NCBI GenBank assembly: GCA_947489525.1
Contig: CANLDW010000005.1
Location: 23,626-87,625, forward strand
Origin: an uncultured Psychrobacter sp.
GTDB taxonomy: Bacteria; Pseudomonadota; Gammaproteobacteria; Pseudomonadales; Moraxellaceae
Direction of reading: 5' to 3'
Length of the DNA: 64,000 bases
The notes under the pieces were generated by a model that was not told where the DNA came from, ran no database searches, and saw nothing but the letters and a program-made list of their open reading frames with translations. Positions 46,947 through 55,390 of the stretch are shown one piece after another. How positions within the stretch are numbered: position 1 is the first letter of the stretch; each line of letters opens with the position of its first letter. A program made the translations under genes and the position numbers.

Positions 46947-47016
46947 ATCTTACTAAATGCCCCTTTTCCTATCTTGTCCTAAACACTCCCATACACCTCT
47001 GTAACCCTTTATATAC

Positions 47017-47040
47017 AACGCGTCTAGCGTTTTTTTTATG
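47017..47040 (+). terminator. hairpin terminator downstream of tRNA-Ser
   Basis: AACGC-gtcta-GCGTT followed by T8 and then ATG. Confidence 0.6.
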
Positions 47041-47093
47041 TCTAACGTTTTCCTAACCTAACCGAATATAACCTACCTATCCCTTGGCTTGTG

Positions 47094-47229
47094 TTGGTCT
47101 ATATGTTGGTTTATCATCTAACTATATCTTAAATAGACCAACCATAGACCTGTTTTCATTAAGCTTTAGACCAGTATATAGTCCAAATACCTTAAAAAGC
47201 GTGCGTCTTAGACAAAGAGAATAGACCAA
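47094..47229. repeat. array of seven WTAGACCAA-like motifs (candidate integrase arm-type sites)
   Basis: ATAGACCAA at 47133 and 47221, and inverted at 47094-47102. Variants are ATAGACCtg at 47144, tTAGACCAg at 47166, ATAGtCCAA at 47178 and tTAGACaAA at 47208. Confidence 0.75.
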
Positions 47230-47230
47230 T

Positions 47231-48585
47231 ATGTTAACCGATATTAAAGTTCGTAAACTTAAACCTAGTGAGAAATGTACGCCTTCGCGTCCTGATAAAT
47301 ACAGTGACAAACAAGGGCTACAGCTTTTAGTACGCAGTACAGGCACAAAGACATGGATAAGTGCCTATCGCTTCGATAGTAAGCAAAAAAGGACTACCTT
47401 AGGTACATATCCACAAATGAGCTTAGCAGAAGCTAGAACAGCTAATGCTGATATTAAAGTATTAGTAGCTCAGGGCATTAATCCAAAAAATAAAAAGCGT
47501 CAAGATAAGCTTGAGAATGAACAAGCTCAGACGTTTAATGACTATGCGCTTGACTGGTTAGAAGAGCGTAAGCGTAACGTAAAGCTCGTACCTATCAGCA
47601 AGACTACAATCGCTTGCACAAAGACGTTCTACCTAACTTTGAAAGTATTGCTCTAAAGAATATAACTTTTGAAGACTGTAAATTTATGGCAGATCAGATT
47701 GAGAGTAGAAAAACCGTTGATGGTTCACCGCCAAGAGAAGTGACTAGACGTACGATTGACCTTGTTACTAACATTCTTAGAAGAGCTAAAAGAGAACGTT
47801 TAATCAATACGATTCATACAGAAGGCCTTAAAGAGCTTTACCCTAAGGCCAAGACTGAGCATATGAAGCACGTTGAGCTTAAAGAGCTACCTAAACTACT
47901 TCAAGATATTGAGAACTATCACGGTCATGATCAGACACGTCTAGCAATGAAGTTTTTAGCCTACTCTTTTTGTCGTACTATCGAGCTTAGGATGATGAAA
48001 TGGGAGCATATCGACTTTCCTAATCGTCTATGGCGTGTTGATATCGATAATCTTAAGATTGCGCGTAAGCACGTCGTACCGCTGTCAGATCAAATGCTTG
48101 CAGTATTAGAAGAAATGAAAGACATCACAGGACAGTATGAGTACGTGTTCTATAATACGGGTATGCACCAGCCTTACAGTGCAGAGTTCATCAACAATGC
48201 GCTAGATATACTCGGCTATGCGGGTAAACAGACTGGACATGGCTTTCGCCACATCGCCTCCACCAACTTAAACGAGCTTGGCTACATGGGAGATGCCATC
48301 GAAAAGCAAATGGCGCATGACAAAAAAGGTAGCATTAGAGCAGTATACAACCATGCTCAGCACTTGGAGGAACGGCGTAAGATTATGCAAGTCTGGGCGG
48401 ACTTTTTAGACCTGCTCAGAGACACAGGCGAGGTTATAGACTTTCAGACTGCGCGGCAGCAGATTGAGCAGTCGCTTGGTAAGCATAATGAGGCATCGCT
48501 GGCAGAGGTGGACAGCGATGCTTTGATACAGGCTTTGAGAGATAAAGGGCTAACCGTTAAAGATATCCAAAGGTTAGCTACTTAG
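47231..48585 (+). pseudogene. int: P4-type tyrosine integrase, disrupted by a frameshift near 47578-47585
   Basis: N-terminal DUF4102 arm-binding domain in frame 2 (47231-47656). The core-binding and catalytic domains (R...HGFRH...AH...Y) are in frame 1, which is open from 47578. Reading ERKRNV|(K)ARTYQQDYNRLHKDVLPNF restores continuity. Confidence 0.8.
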
Positions 48586-48589
48586 AGAG

Positions 48590-49540
48590 TTAATAGATGT
48601 CTTTACCTTGTTTATCCATAAAGTTTGCTTCGTAATCTGAATTAATCAGCTTATCTAAAATTGCAGTTTGCGTAGTATTTTGGATAGTAGCCATTTTTTC
48701 TAGTCTTTCTTGCGTTTGTTTGGTCAATGGCAAGTGATAAGGTTTTTTAGTTTTACCTGCGTCACGGTATTTCTGTTGACTCCATGCGCGTTTCATTTTA
48801 TCTATGAACAGCTTTTTTTCTGCACTTATTGTATATCTGCGATTACTTTCAATTGTTTCAAATTTAGCATCAAAAAGATCTAGCAACGCTAAAATATTTT
48901 TTCTGGTATCATTAGAATCGAAATTACGGTCATGAATAGTGCGAAATAATCTATATTTTATGAGATCCATTTTATTTATTAAATAGTTTATAGTCCATTC
49001 TATTTGTTCCTTATTATCAGATTCTAGCCATGCTGTATAGTTATCTTCTGCTTCCAAAAAATTTAAGTATTCCTTAATACTTAACAGCAAATTAACCTTT
49101 TTATCAACTGATAAACTTCGATGGTCTCCAGTTAATTTCAAATAATCAAAGCAACTTTGAACTTTATCTAAAATGTTATTACTAGAATAATTATTCTCAT
49201 TGGCATAATAGTAACGATTTTTCTTAAATAAGTATAAAATAAAAAGCTGTGCCCTTAGATTATCTTGAAGCCAATCGAAAATTTCCTTAGGTATTATCTC
49301 AGTATTCACTTCTACTAAATACGATTCTATTTCTCGTACAGTATAACCCTCCTTAGTTAACATCGATATCAGTTCATTCTTGACATTAATATCAGATATA
49401 TCGTAGAAATTATTACTTGTTCTCCGTAATATTTCTCGGAGTTTAATTACCTCTCTGATAGAGAGCGGTTCTATACAGCGCTTAAACTCTTTCAACCTCT
49501 GATCATATACTCTTTCTTTCCGACCATTGTGTACAGGCAT
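48590..49540 (-). CDS. hypothetical protein (316 aa) with a ribbon-helix-helix-like C-terminus
   Basis: Very AT-rich ORF. The ATG at 49540 is preceded by GGAGAA; the ORF-track TTG start lies inside that SD. The C-terminal KRAWSQQKYRDAGKTKKPYHLPLTKQTQERLEKMA...TQTAILDKLI resembles an RHH (MatP/CopG-like) module. Confidence 0.6.
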   Translation of the reverse strand: MPVHNGRKERVYDQRLKEFKRCIEPLSIREVIKLREILRRTSNNFYDISDINVKNELISMLTKEGYTVREIESYLVEVNTEIIPKEIFDWLQDNLRAQLFILYLFKKNRYYYANENNYSSNNILDKVQSCFDYLKLTGDHRSLSVDKKVNLLLSIKEYLNFLEAEDNYTAWLESDNKEQIEWTINYLINKMDLIKYRLFRTIHDRNFDSNDTRKNILALLDLFDAKFETIESNRRYTISAEKKLFIDKMKRAWSQQKYRDAGKTKKPYHLPLTKQTQERLEKMATIQNTTQTAILDKLINSDYEANFMDKQGKDIY

Positions 49541-49943
49541 ATGATTCTCCAATCATCACTCGTGATATTTTCATAATGTTTTTGTATTATTAAAATAATA
49601 TAACACTATCAATTGTATAGTATTTTGCCTTTGTTTGCGTATTAATTCTCTAAAATTTTCGTATTAACAAACCCTTAAAGTTCTTAGACACAGGCTTGGT
49701 AATGCCTATAACGTCAATTCTTACCTGAATGGCTAACTCTACTTTTTTAGAATAGCAAATAACTTAGAGGTTTTTTAAGAGCTAATGCGAGAATACAAGG
49801 GATATGGTTAACATAATACTGAGCACTGTAGTGGGTTATTTATATTATTAGTTCTGCCAATTCAGGTATTAGACAACTGATTTCTTAGTAAGACGGTGAA
49901 TACTCTCATGCTTGGATAATTAAAAAGTACTGGTCAAAGCTAA

Positions 49944-49966
49944 CCTATGAACGAATTCATCATAGG
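49944..49966 (+). promoter_or_regulatory. inverted repeat overlapping the SD of the Gp2-like gene
   Basis: CCTATGA-acgaattca-TCATAGG. The right arm runs into the AGGAG that lies 10 nt upstream of the ATG at 49976. Confidence 0.4.
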
Positions 49967-49975
49967 AGCTTAATC

Positions 49976-50890
49976 ATGACATTTTCAAACACTAATCAAT
50001 CAAAAATTACTGCAAGTGTTGATAATTTAGTTAGAGATATTACACAAGATAAAATTCACTTTGATAAACTCAAATCAATATTGGATGAAGTCTATGTACC
50101 GTTTATGTCTACCTTAGATTTTGATTTATTCTACTCTGAACCTATTATAGCTTTTATCGAAAGCACTAACGCTATTGTGGGTGACTTATACCCCTCTGAT
50201 GTCATTTGGAGTCACGAAAACGTAGAACGTCTTATCAACGCTCTATTATGTTATAAAAAAGATATCGAAAAGGAAGATATAGCTTGGCGTTATCAAGAGT
50301 CACAAAATTATAAAAGCCTTGACAGCTACATTAAAAATTTAACTACACATTATTCTAAGCTTTTATTTATTCGAGTTGATTTGAAATATTCAGATGGATT
50401 AAACCACTTAGTAACGGTAGAGGATTTCAGTGACCATATGACTAAACTCAGAGAGCTTATTAGTCATCGGCAGACTTGCTTTGAGGATTTGCAAGGATTC
50501 GCTTGGGCAATTGAGCAGGGCTATGAAAACGGTGGTCTGCATTGCCATTTGTTGTTAATTTATAATGGCTCTACAAAACAAAAGGATTTTTATTTAGCTA
50601 AAGAAGTGGGTGAGAAGTGGACAAGAATGACAGCGGGTCTTGGAGCTTACTATAATTATCACTCCAAAGAGCATAAAAGGCGGTATCAAAGACACGGCAA
50701 GCTAGGTATAGGTATGATACATCGTGACAATGAGCTTGAGGTTGAAAATGCAAGTCGTACTGCGCTGTATTTGACCGAACCTAAGAAATATAGCCAACAA
50801 CTAAAAGTATGGCTGCCTAACATGCGTACCTTTGGACATGGCATATACCGTACATCCAAGCGCCGAGGACTCCCACCCATACCAAAATAG
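49976..50890 (+). CDS. YagK/YfjJ (inovirus Gp2-like) family protein with an HCH (HUH-like) motif
   Basis: LLFIRVDLKY..., GFAWAIEQGYENGGLHCHLLLIYNG is the characteristic core of the YagK/YfjJ_C family. Strong AGGAG SD. Confidence 0.7.
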   Translation: MTFSNTNQSKITASVDNLVRDITQDKIHFDKLKSILDEVYVPFMSTLDFDLFYSEPIIAFIESTNAIVGDLYPSDVIWSHENVERLINALLCYKKDIEKEDIAWRYQESQNYKSLDSYIKNLTTHYSKLLFIRVDLKYSDGLNHLVTVEDFSDHMTKLRELISHRQTCFEDLQGFAWAIEQGYENGGLHCHLLLIYNGSTKQKDFYLAKEVGEKWTRMTAGLGAYYNYHSKEHKRRYQRHGKLGIGMIHRDNELEVENASRTALYLTEPKKYSQQLKVWLPNMRTFGHGIYRTSKRRGLPPIPK

Positions 50891-50958
50891 TCTCAAACAT
50901 ATATTATTCACATGAGATAGAGTGCTAATAGCTTTAGCGCGCTTTATCTACCTTATTA

Positions 50959-50986
50959 GGTCTGCTTCGTGCAGGCCTTTTTTATG
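50959..50986 (+). terminator. hairpin-T6-ATG module
   Basis: GGTCTGC-ttcgt-GCAGGCC followed by TTTTTT then ATG. Confidence 0.75.
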
Positions 50987-51007
50987 CCCAAAATAAAAGG
51001 AGTCCTT

Positions 51008-51265
51008 ATGCAAACTATCTGTCCTCAGTGTCATTCATCTACTGTTTATGAGGTCTTTGACCATACTCATGATCTTGTCTTTGAAGAGTTACTGTCCCCT
51101 GCTGCCATAGTTGGTCTTAGCGTCGGTATTTGCAAAGCATTAAAAGTACCGCCTGTTGTGGGCGTAGTTGCAGGTACAGCTATAGCCGTGGCTAGACAAC
51201 ACGATGCTGTGCCGCTACTGGTCAATAAGCCATATCGTTGTAGCGACTGTTTACACGAATTTTAG
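51008..51265 (+). CDS. small split zinc-ribbon protein with a Gly/Ala-rich hydrophobic core (85 aa)
   Basis: The ATG at 51008 has an AAGGAG SD. CPQC at the N-terminus and CSDC at the C-terminus flank AAIVGLSVGICKALKVPPVVGVVAGTAIAVA. Confidence 0.55.
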   Translation: MQTICPQCHSSTVYEVFDHTHDLVFEELLSPAAIVGLSVGICKALKVPPVVGVVAGTAIAVARQHDAVPLLVNKPYRCSDCLHEF

Positions 51266-51320
51266 AACCTACTCAGTAATCAACTCATTATTTTAAACAA
51301 AATAAAAAGGAACACTACTC

Positions 51321-52313
51321 ATGGCACATTCAATCGAAAACATGGCATACGTTGGCGACACTCCTTGGCACAGCCTTGGCAACCAGCTTCCTAAAAATCA
51401 GCCTATTGAAGTCTGGGCAAAAGAGGCGGGTATGGACTGGCGTATTGAGTCCTCAGACGTCAGTTACATGGCAAACAATGACAAAGGGCAAAGCCTCATC
51501 ATGCCTTTTGACAGCAATAAAGTGTTGTACCGCTCTGATACCCTAGAGCCGTTATCGGTCGTCAGCCAGCGCTATCAAGAAGTACAGCCGCGTGAGATCT
51601 TGGAGTTCTACCGCGACTTAACTGAGCAATCGCACTTTGAGCTTGAGACCGCAGGCGTCTTAAAGGGTGGTCGTAAGATGTGGGCACTCGCTCGTACCGG
51701 TCAGTCTATGACTTTAAAAGGTGGCGATGTGAGTAATGGCTATCTGCTACTAGCAACCGCTTGCGATGGCACACTTGCAACGACCGCACAATTTACGAAT
51801 ATCCGTGTGGTGTGTAATAACACTTTAGCGATAAGTTTAGCTAACGGTAGTGGCGGTGTAGTTAAAGTACCACATTCCACCTCATTTGATGGTGACAGCG
51901 TCAAGCAGCAATTAGGCGTCTCGGTTAAGCAGTGGAATGAGCACATGTATGAGATGAAGCAGCTTACCCAGCGCCGTGTCACTCAAGCAGAAGCGGCGAA
52001 CTATCTCAACCGTGTATTCAACGATCAGGACAATGACATCATCTTGTTTAACAGCGCTAAGAAAGAGAAGGACGCGGTTCCTAACGCTCGTGCTATGAAC
52101 CAAGTCATGAGTATGTTCAATGGTCAAGGTCGCGGTGCAGATCTCGACTCAGCACGTGACACCGCGTATGGGCTTTTATGCGCTATGACTGAGTTTGTAG
52201 ATCATGAGCGCCGTGCAATGTCCACCGATCACAGACTAGACTCTGCTTGGTTCGGTGCAGGCGCTAAGCTTAAAGACAAAAGCTTAGAGGAAGCCTTTGT
52301 CTTGATTGCCTAA
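51321..52313 (+). CDS. DUF932 / phage-plasmid-like protein (TIGR03299-type)
   Basis: N-terminal ENMAYVGDTPWHSLGN, later ALARTG and GYLLLATACDG...T. Pattern of the DUF932 family common on ICEs and prophages. Confidence 0.75.
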   Translation: MAHSIENMAYVGDTPWHSLGNQLPKNQPIEVWAKEAGMDWRIESSDVSYMANNDKGQSLIMPFDSNKVLYRSDTLEPLSVVSQRYQEVQPREILEFYRDLTEQSHFELETAGVLKGGRKMWALARTGQSMTLKGGDVSNGYLLLATACDGTLATTAQFTNIRVVCNNTLAISLANGSGGVVKVPHSTSFDGDSVKQQLGVSVKQWNEHMYEMKQLTQRRVTQAEAANYLNRVFNDQDNDIILFNSAKKEKDAVPNARAMNQVMSMFNGQGRGADLDSARDTAYGLLCAMTEFVDHERRAMSTDHRLDSAWFGAGAKLKDKSLEEAFVLIA

Positions 52314-52340
52314 ACTTTATGAAGACACTTGAACGATTAA

Positions 52341-52369
52341 ACCACGCCTAAGCGCGTGGTTTTTTTATG
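52341..52369 (+). terminator. hairpin-T7-ATG module
   Basis: ACCACGC-ctaagc-GCGTGGT followed by TTTTTTT then ATG. Confidence 0.8.
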
Positions 52370-52417
52370 CCGCTTATTTCACCTATCGCTCTAATTAAAT
52401 TATTAAAGGATTTTATT

Positions 52418-53509
52418 ATGGAAACCATCGCATTAAACACAAGCACACCATTAAGACCAGTAAAGCGTGCTACTACGACCGTTAAAACGCCAATAGACGC
52501 CAAACGTAAGGTAGAGGATAAACCTGCCAATCAAGCAAACACGCCCAAGCGCTTAATTAACACCAAAGACTTAAGCCATGACAAATGGCTTGAGGTACGC
52601 CGTCAAGGTATTGGCAGTAGTGATGCTGCCGCCGCTTGCGGTATTCATCCATACCTCTCTATGCTAGAGCTGTGGCTGATCAAGACTGGACGCATGACTT
52701 CAGATATCGATGAGAGCATTGACGGCTATTCGCCGCTATATTGGGGCAATACCTTAGAACCAATAGTCGCTAAATACTATCAAGAAAAGACAGGGAATAA
52801 AGTTCGCCGCGTCAATGCCATATTGCAGCACCGCGACCCTGATAAAGACTTTATGCTGGCAAATTTAGACTACGCCATATCAGGTAGCGATGAGGTACAA
52901 ATACTAGAATGTAAAACTGCGGGTGAGCATGGCACAAAATTATGGCGTGATGGCGTACCGCTGTATGTGACGTGCCAAGTACAGCATCAGTTAGCAGTGA
53001 CAGGTAAACAGGCGGCGCATATCTGTGTGTTGCTCTGCGGACATGAAGCGAAGATCTATAAGGTTGAGCGTGATGAGCGCTTGATTGCTTCAATCACCCA
53101 GCATGAGCGTCTGTTCTGGCAATACGTAGAGACGGACACGCCGCCTACCCCTGATCATAGCGAGTCAGCAGCAAAAGCCTTAAAGCTGCTTTATCCAACG
53201 CCTAAGCCATCAAGTAAAGTCGATTTGCGAGAGGACAAAGGCGCAAATAAGCTGTTCGATAAATTGCTTGGCTATCGCGCGTCTATGGAAGATCTAGAGC
53301 AGCAGCACGATCAGGTGAAGCATCAATTGCAAACGCTCATTCAAAACAATGAAGTCGCCGTCTTTAAGCAAGGCGCGATCTCTTGGAAGCGAAGTAAGGA
53401 CAGTATCGGCCTTGATAGCAAAGCGGTCATGAAAGCCCATCCTGAATTGCTTGAGCAGTTTAGTAAAACTAAGCAAGGCAGTCGCCGCTTTGTCGTCTTA
53501 ACTAACTAA
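52418..53509 (+). CDS. YqaJ-like viral recombinase exonuclease (lambda Exo/PD-(D/E)XK family)
   Basis: W...R..GIGSSDAAAACGIHPY.S.LELW..K.G, and later ILECKT (ExK). The start was moved to ATG 52418 because the ORF-track start lies inside the terminator T-run. Confidence 0.8.
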   Translation: METIALNTSTPLRPVKRATTTVKTPIDAKRKVEDKPANQANTPKRLINTKDLSHDKWLEVRRQGIGSSDAAAACGIHPYLSMLELWLIKTGRMTSDIDESIDGYSPLYWGNTLEPIVAKYYQEKTGNKVRRVNAILQHRDPDKDFMLANLDYAISGSDEVQILECKTAGEHGTKLWRDGVPLYVTCQVQHQLAVTGKQAAHICVLLCGHEAKIYKVERDERLIASITQHERLFWQYVETDTPPTPDHSESAAKALKLLYPTPKPSSKVDLREDKGANKLFDKLLGYRASMEDLEQQHDQVKHQLQTLIQNNEVAVFKQGAISWKRSKDSIGLDSKAVMKAHPELLEQFSKTKQGSRRFVVLTN

Positions 53510-53547
53510 GCACCAATCAAGTCAAGCAAATAAACCCACGCATAAAC

Positions 53548-53575
53548 GCCCACCGTCACGGTGGGCTTTTTTATG
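53548..53575 (+). terminator. hairpin-T6-ATG module
   Basis: GCCCACCG-tca-CGGTGGGC followed by TTTTTT then ATG, with CATAAA on the 5' side. Confidence 0.85.
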
Positions 53576-53607
53576 TCTATGCATTATTCAATACAAGGAA
53601 TACCACT

Positions 53608-54510
53608 ATGATTAAAGGTCTAACCATAACCCCGCCCGTACTTGGCCGTATTAGCATTGGCGGCATTAAAGAGAGCAACGGTAAACGTCTACCTGTGAAA
53701 GATGACCAGTTCACCATTACCAGCCAAGTGCAGAATAAGGACGGATGGGTGAATCATCCCCTAGACGAAAAACTGCGTAAGAATAAAACCGATAAGCTCA
53801 GACAAATACCCGTACGTATGCTGTTTAACGATCCTGAATTAAACCTGAGAGCAGAATATACCTTGTTCGATAGGCAAACGGGTCGTCCACTGTGTGTGGG
53901 CGATGGTGAACAATGTCAACGCAGAACCAACAATGGGGTTGAGCAGCTGCCGTGTCCATCGCCGGATCGCTGTCCCTTAGCTAAAGGCGGAGCCTGTAAA
54001 CCTTATGGTCGTCTATATGTGAATCTATCAGAGGACGATGAGCTAGGTACGTTTGTCTTTAGGACAACAGGCTTTAATAGTATCCGCACCTTAGCTGCAA
54101 GACTAAGCTACTTCTCAGCGGTGTCCGGTAATAAGCTATCGTGTTTGCCCTTGCAGTTGACCCTACGCGGTAAAAGCACCACGCAAAGCTATCGCACGCC
54201 GATTTATTACGTAGATTTAACTCTACGTGATTGGGTAACCCTCAAAGAGGCAGTGCAACAGGCAGGCGCTATTGATAAAGAGCTTAAGGAACACGGCTTT
54301 GATCAAGACGCGCTTGAGGAAGCGGCAAAGCGTGGCTACGTCAATTCCAGCTTTGAGATTGATAGCGATGGCCTGCTTGATATGGCTGAAGAGTTCTATC
54401 CGATGGAGACAGACGATCCAAGCGATACGCCAGCTCAGACAAATGAGATAGCAAGCGATGCTAGCATAATAGCGCAAGGACTACGGCAAAGCGTCACGCA
54501 AGTGAAGTAG
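53608..54510 (+). CDS. conserved mobile-element protein, Cys-rich, function unknown (300 aa)
   Basis: N-terminal PPVLGRISIGG...LP.K.D.F.ITS and the cluster CVGDGEQCQRR...CPSPDRCPLAKGGACKPYGRL. I recall similar proteins annotated as hydrolase/metal-binding or RDF-like, but cannot verify this. Confidence 0.5.
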   Translation: MIKGLTITPPVLGRISIGGIKESNGKRLPVKDDQFTITSQVQNKDGWVNHPLDEKLRKNKTDKLRQIPVRMLFNDPELNLRAEYTLFDRQTGRPLCVGDGEQCQRRTNNGVEQLPCPSPDRCPLAKGGACKPYGRLYVNLSEDDELGTFVFRTTGFNSIRTLAARLSYFSAVSGNKLSCLPLQLTLRGKSTTQSYRTPIYYVDLTLRDWVTLKEAVQQAGAIDKELKEHGFDQDALEEAAKRGYVNSSFEIDSDGLLDMAEEFYPMETDDPSDTPAQTNEIASDASIIAQGLRQSVTQVK

Positions 54511-54514
54511 CAGG

Positions 54515-54649
54515 CATAAAGGGGCTGATCCGTCAGCTCTTTTTTATGTGCTAGCCAGATACCCGACAACATAAAACGGTGTAAAGATATGGGACTCGGT
54601 AAGTATATTAAAGGACGCGCTCTCATTCACTTATAAGGAACACATCATG
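54515..54649 (+). repeat. leader module copy A (terminator hairpin plus conserved leader)
   Basis: Shares the identical blocks ATATGGGACTCGGTAAGTATAT (54587-54608) and CGCTCTCATTCACTTATAAGGA (54618-54639) with copy B. Ends at the ATG of the 82-aa ORF. Confidence 0.9.
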
Positions 54650-54895
54650 GTAAAAATAGAGAATTTAACGATTAATATAAATAAAATTTCATTGGAACAA
54701 GATGATTTTCTCTCCTTTGAATCGTCAGTAGCTGTAAGGGACGAACTTGTCAATACATTACGTATTATTAGCAAGGATTCAAGATTTGCGGGTCAAACTT
54801 TAACTATCCCCGATAAGTGCGAGAAGTACGGGTTTGCAGAGGGCGAATTTAACTTACCTAAATTGCTGGAATTCCTAGCTGATATGTTGGAATAG
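54647..54895 (+). CDS. small acidic hypothetical protein (82 aa)
   Basis: ORF with an AAGGA SD inside the conserved leader. 15 Asp/Glu against 9 Lys/Arg. No recognisable family. Confidence 0.5.
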   Translation: MVKIENLTININKISLEQDDFLSFESSVAVRDELVNTLRIISKDSRFAGQTLTIPDKCEKYGFAEGEFNLPKLLEFLADMLE

Positions 54896-54985
54896 TCATC
54901 AGTAAGCTTAACTTCATGTAAGCAGCATATAGGGCTTACGAAAATTGTGACAGTGGTGAGTTAAAACAGTTGTATGAATAGATGA

Positions 54986-55124
54986 CATAAAAAGGAGCTG
55001 ATCAAATCAGCTCCTTTTATGCATTAACTAGATACCGGACGACATAGGACGCCGTAAAAAAATATGGGACTCGGTAAGTATATGAGAGGAGACGCTCTCA
55101 TTCACTTATAAGGAGCACATTATG
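54986..55124 (+). repeat. leader module copy B
   Basis: Hairpin GGAGCTGAT-caa-ATCAGCTCC plus the same 22-nt blocks at 55062-55083 and 55093-55114. Ends at the alpA ATG. Confidence 0.9.
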
Positions 55125-55382
55125 GAAAATTTAAATACTAATACGCAACCCGAAACGACTATTCCTAGGATCAAAACCCTACCGAGGATGTTGCCCCTTA
55201 AGAAAGTCGTTCATCATACGGGACTAAGTAGTACAACCATTTATGACATGCTAGACAAAAGATCTAAACGCTATGACCCGACCTTCCCTACTCAGGTAAA
55301 GCTATCTAAAGGGCGTGTAGCATGGGTTGAGAGCGAGATTGCGGAGTGGTTGGAGAGTAAGATAGCTGCAAGAGTTCATTGA
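55122..55382 (+). CDS. alpA: AlpA family phage regulatory protein / excisionase-type HTH
   Basis: L.LKKVVHHTGLSSTTIYDMLD...FP..VKLS.GRVAWVESEI.EW is the Phage_AlpA (MerR-like) HTH pattern. Confidence 0.85.
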   Translation: MENLNTNTQPETTIPRIKTLPRMLPLKKVVHHTGLSSTTIYDMLDKRSKRYDPTFPTQVKLSKGRVAWVESEIAEWLESKIAARVH

Positions 55383-55390
55383 CCATCGTA

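Noticed and set aside
47575-47590. Programmed -1 ribosomal frameshift in the integrase
   Set aside because: There is no X XXY YYZ slippery heptamer and no obvious downstream stimulatory structure. A simple indel or sequencing error is more parsimonious.
50969-52417. ORF-track start codons at 50969 and 52367
   Set aside because: Both lie inside terminator hairpins or T-runs. Downstream ATGs (51008 and 52418) have proper SD sequences and give the conserved N-termini.
55078-55100. A perfect 7-bp hairpin ATGAGAG-gagacg-CTCTCAT in leader copy B, as a possible conserved RNA element
   Set aside because: The left arm is not conserved in copy A (ATTAAAG), so the pairing is not supported by the only available comparison.
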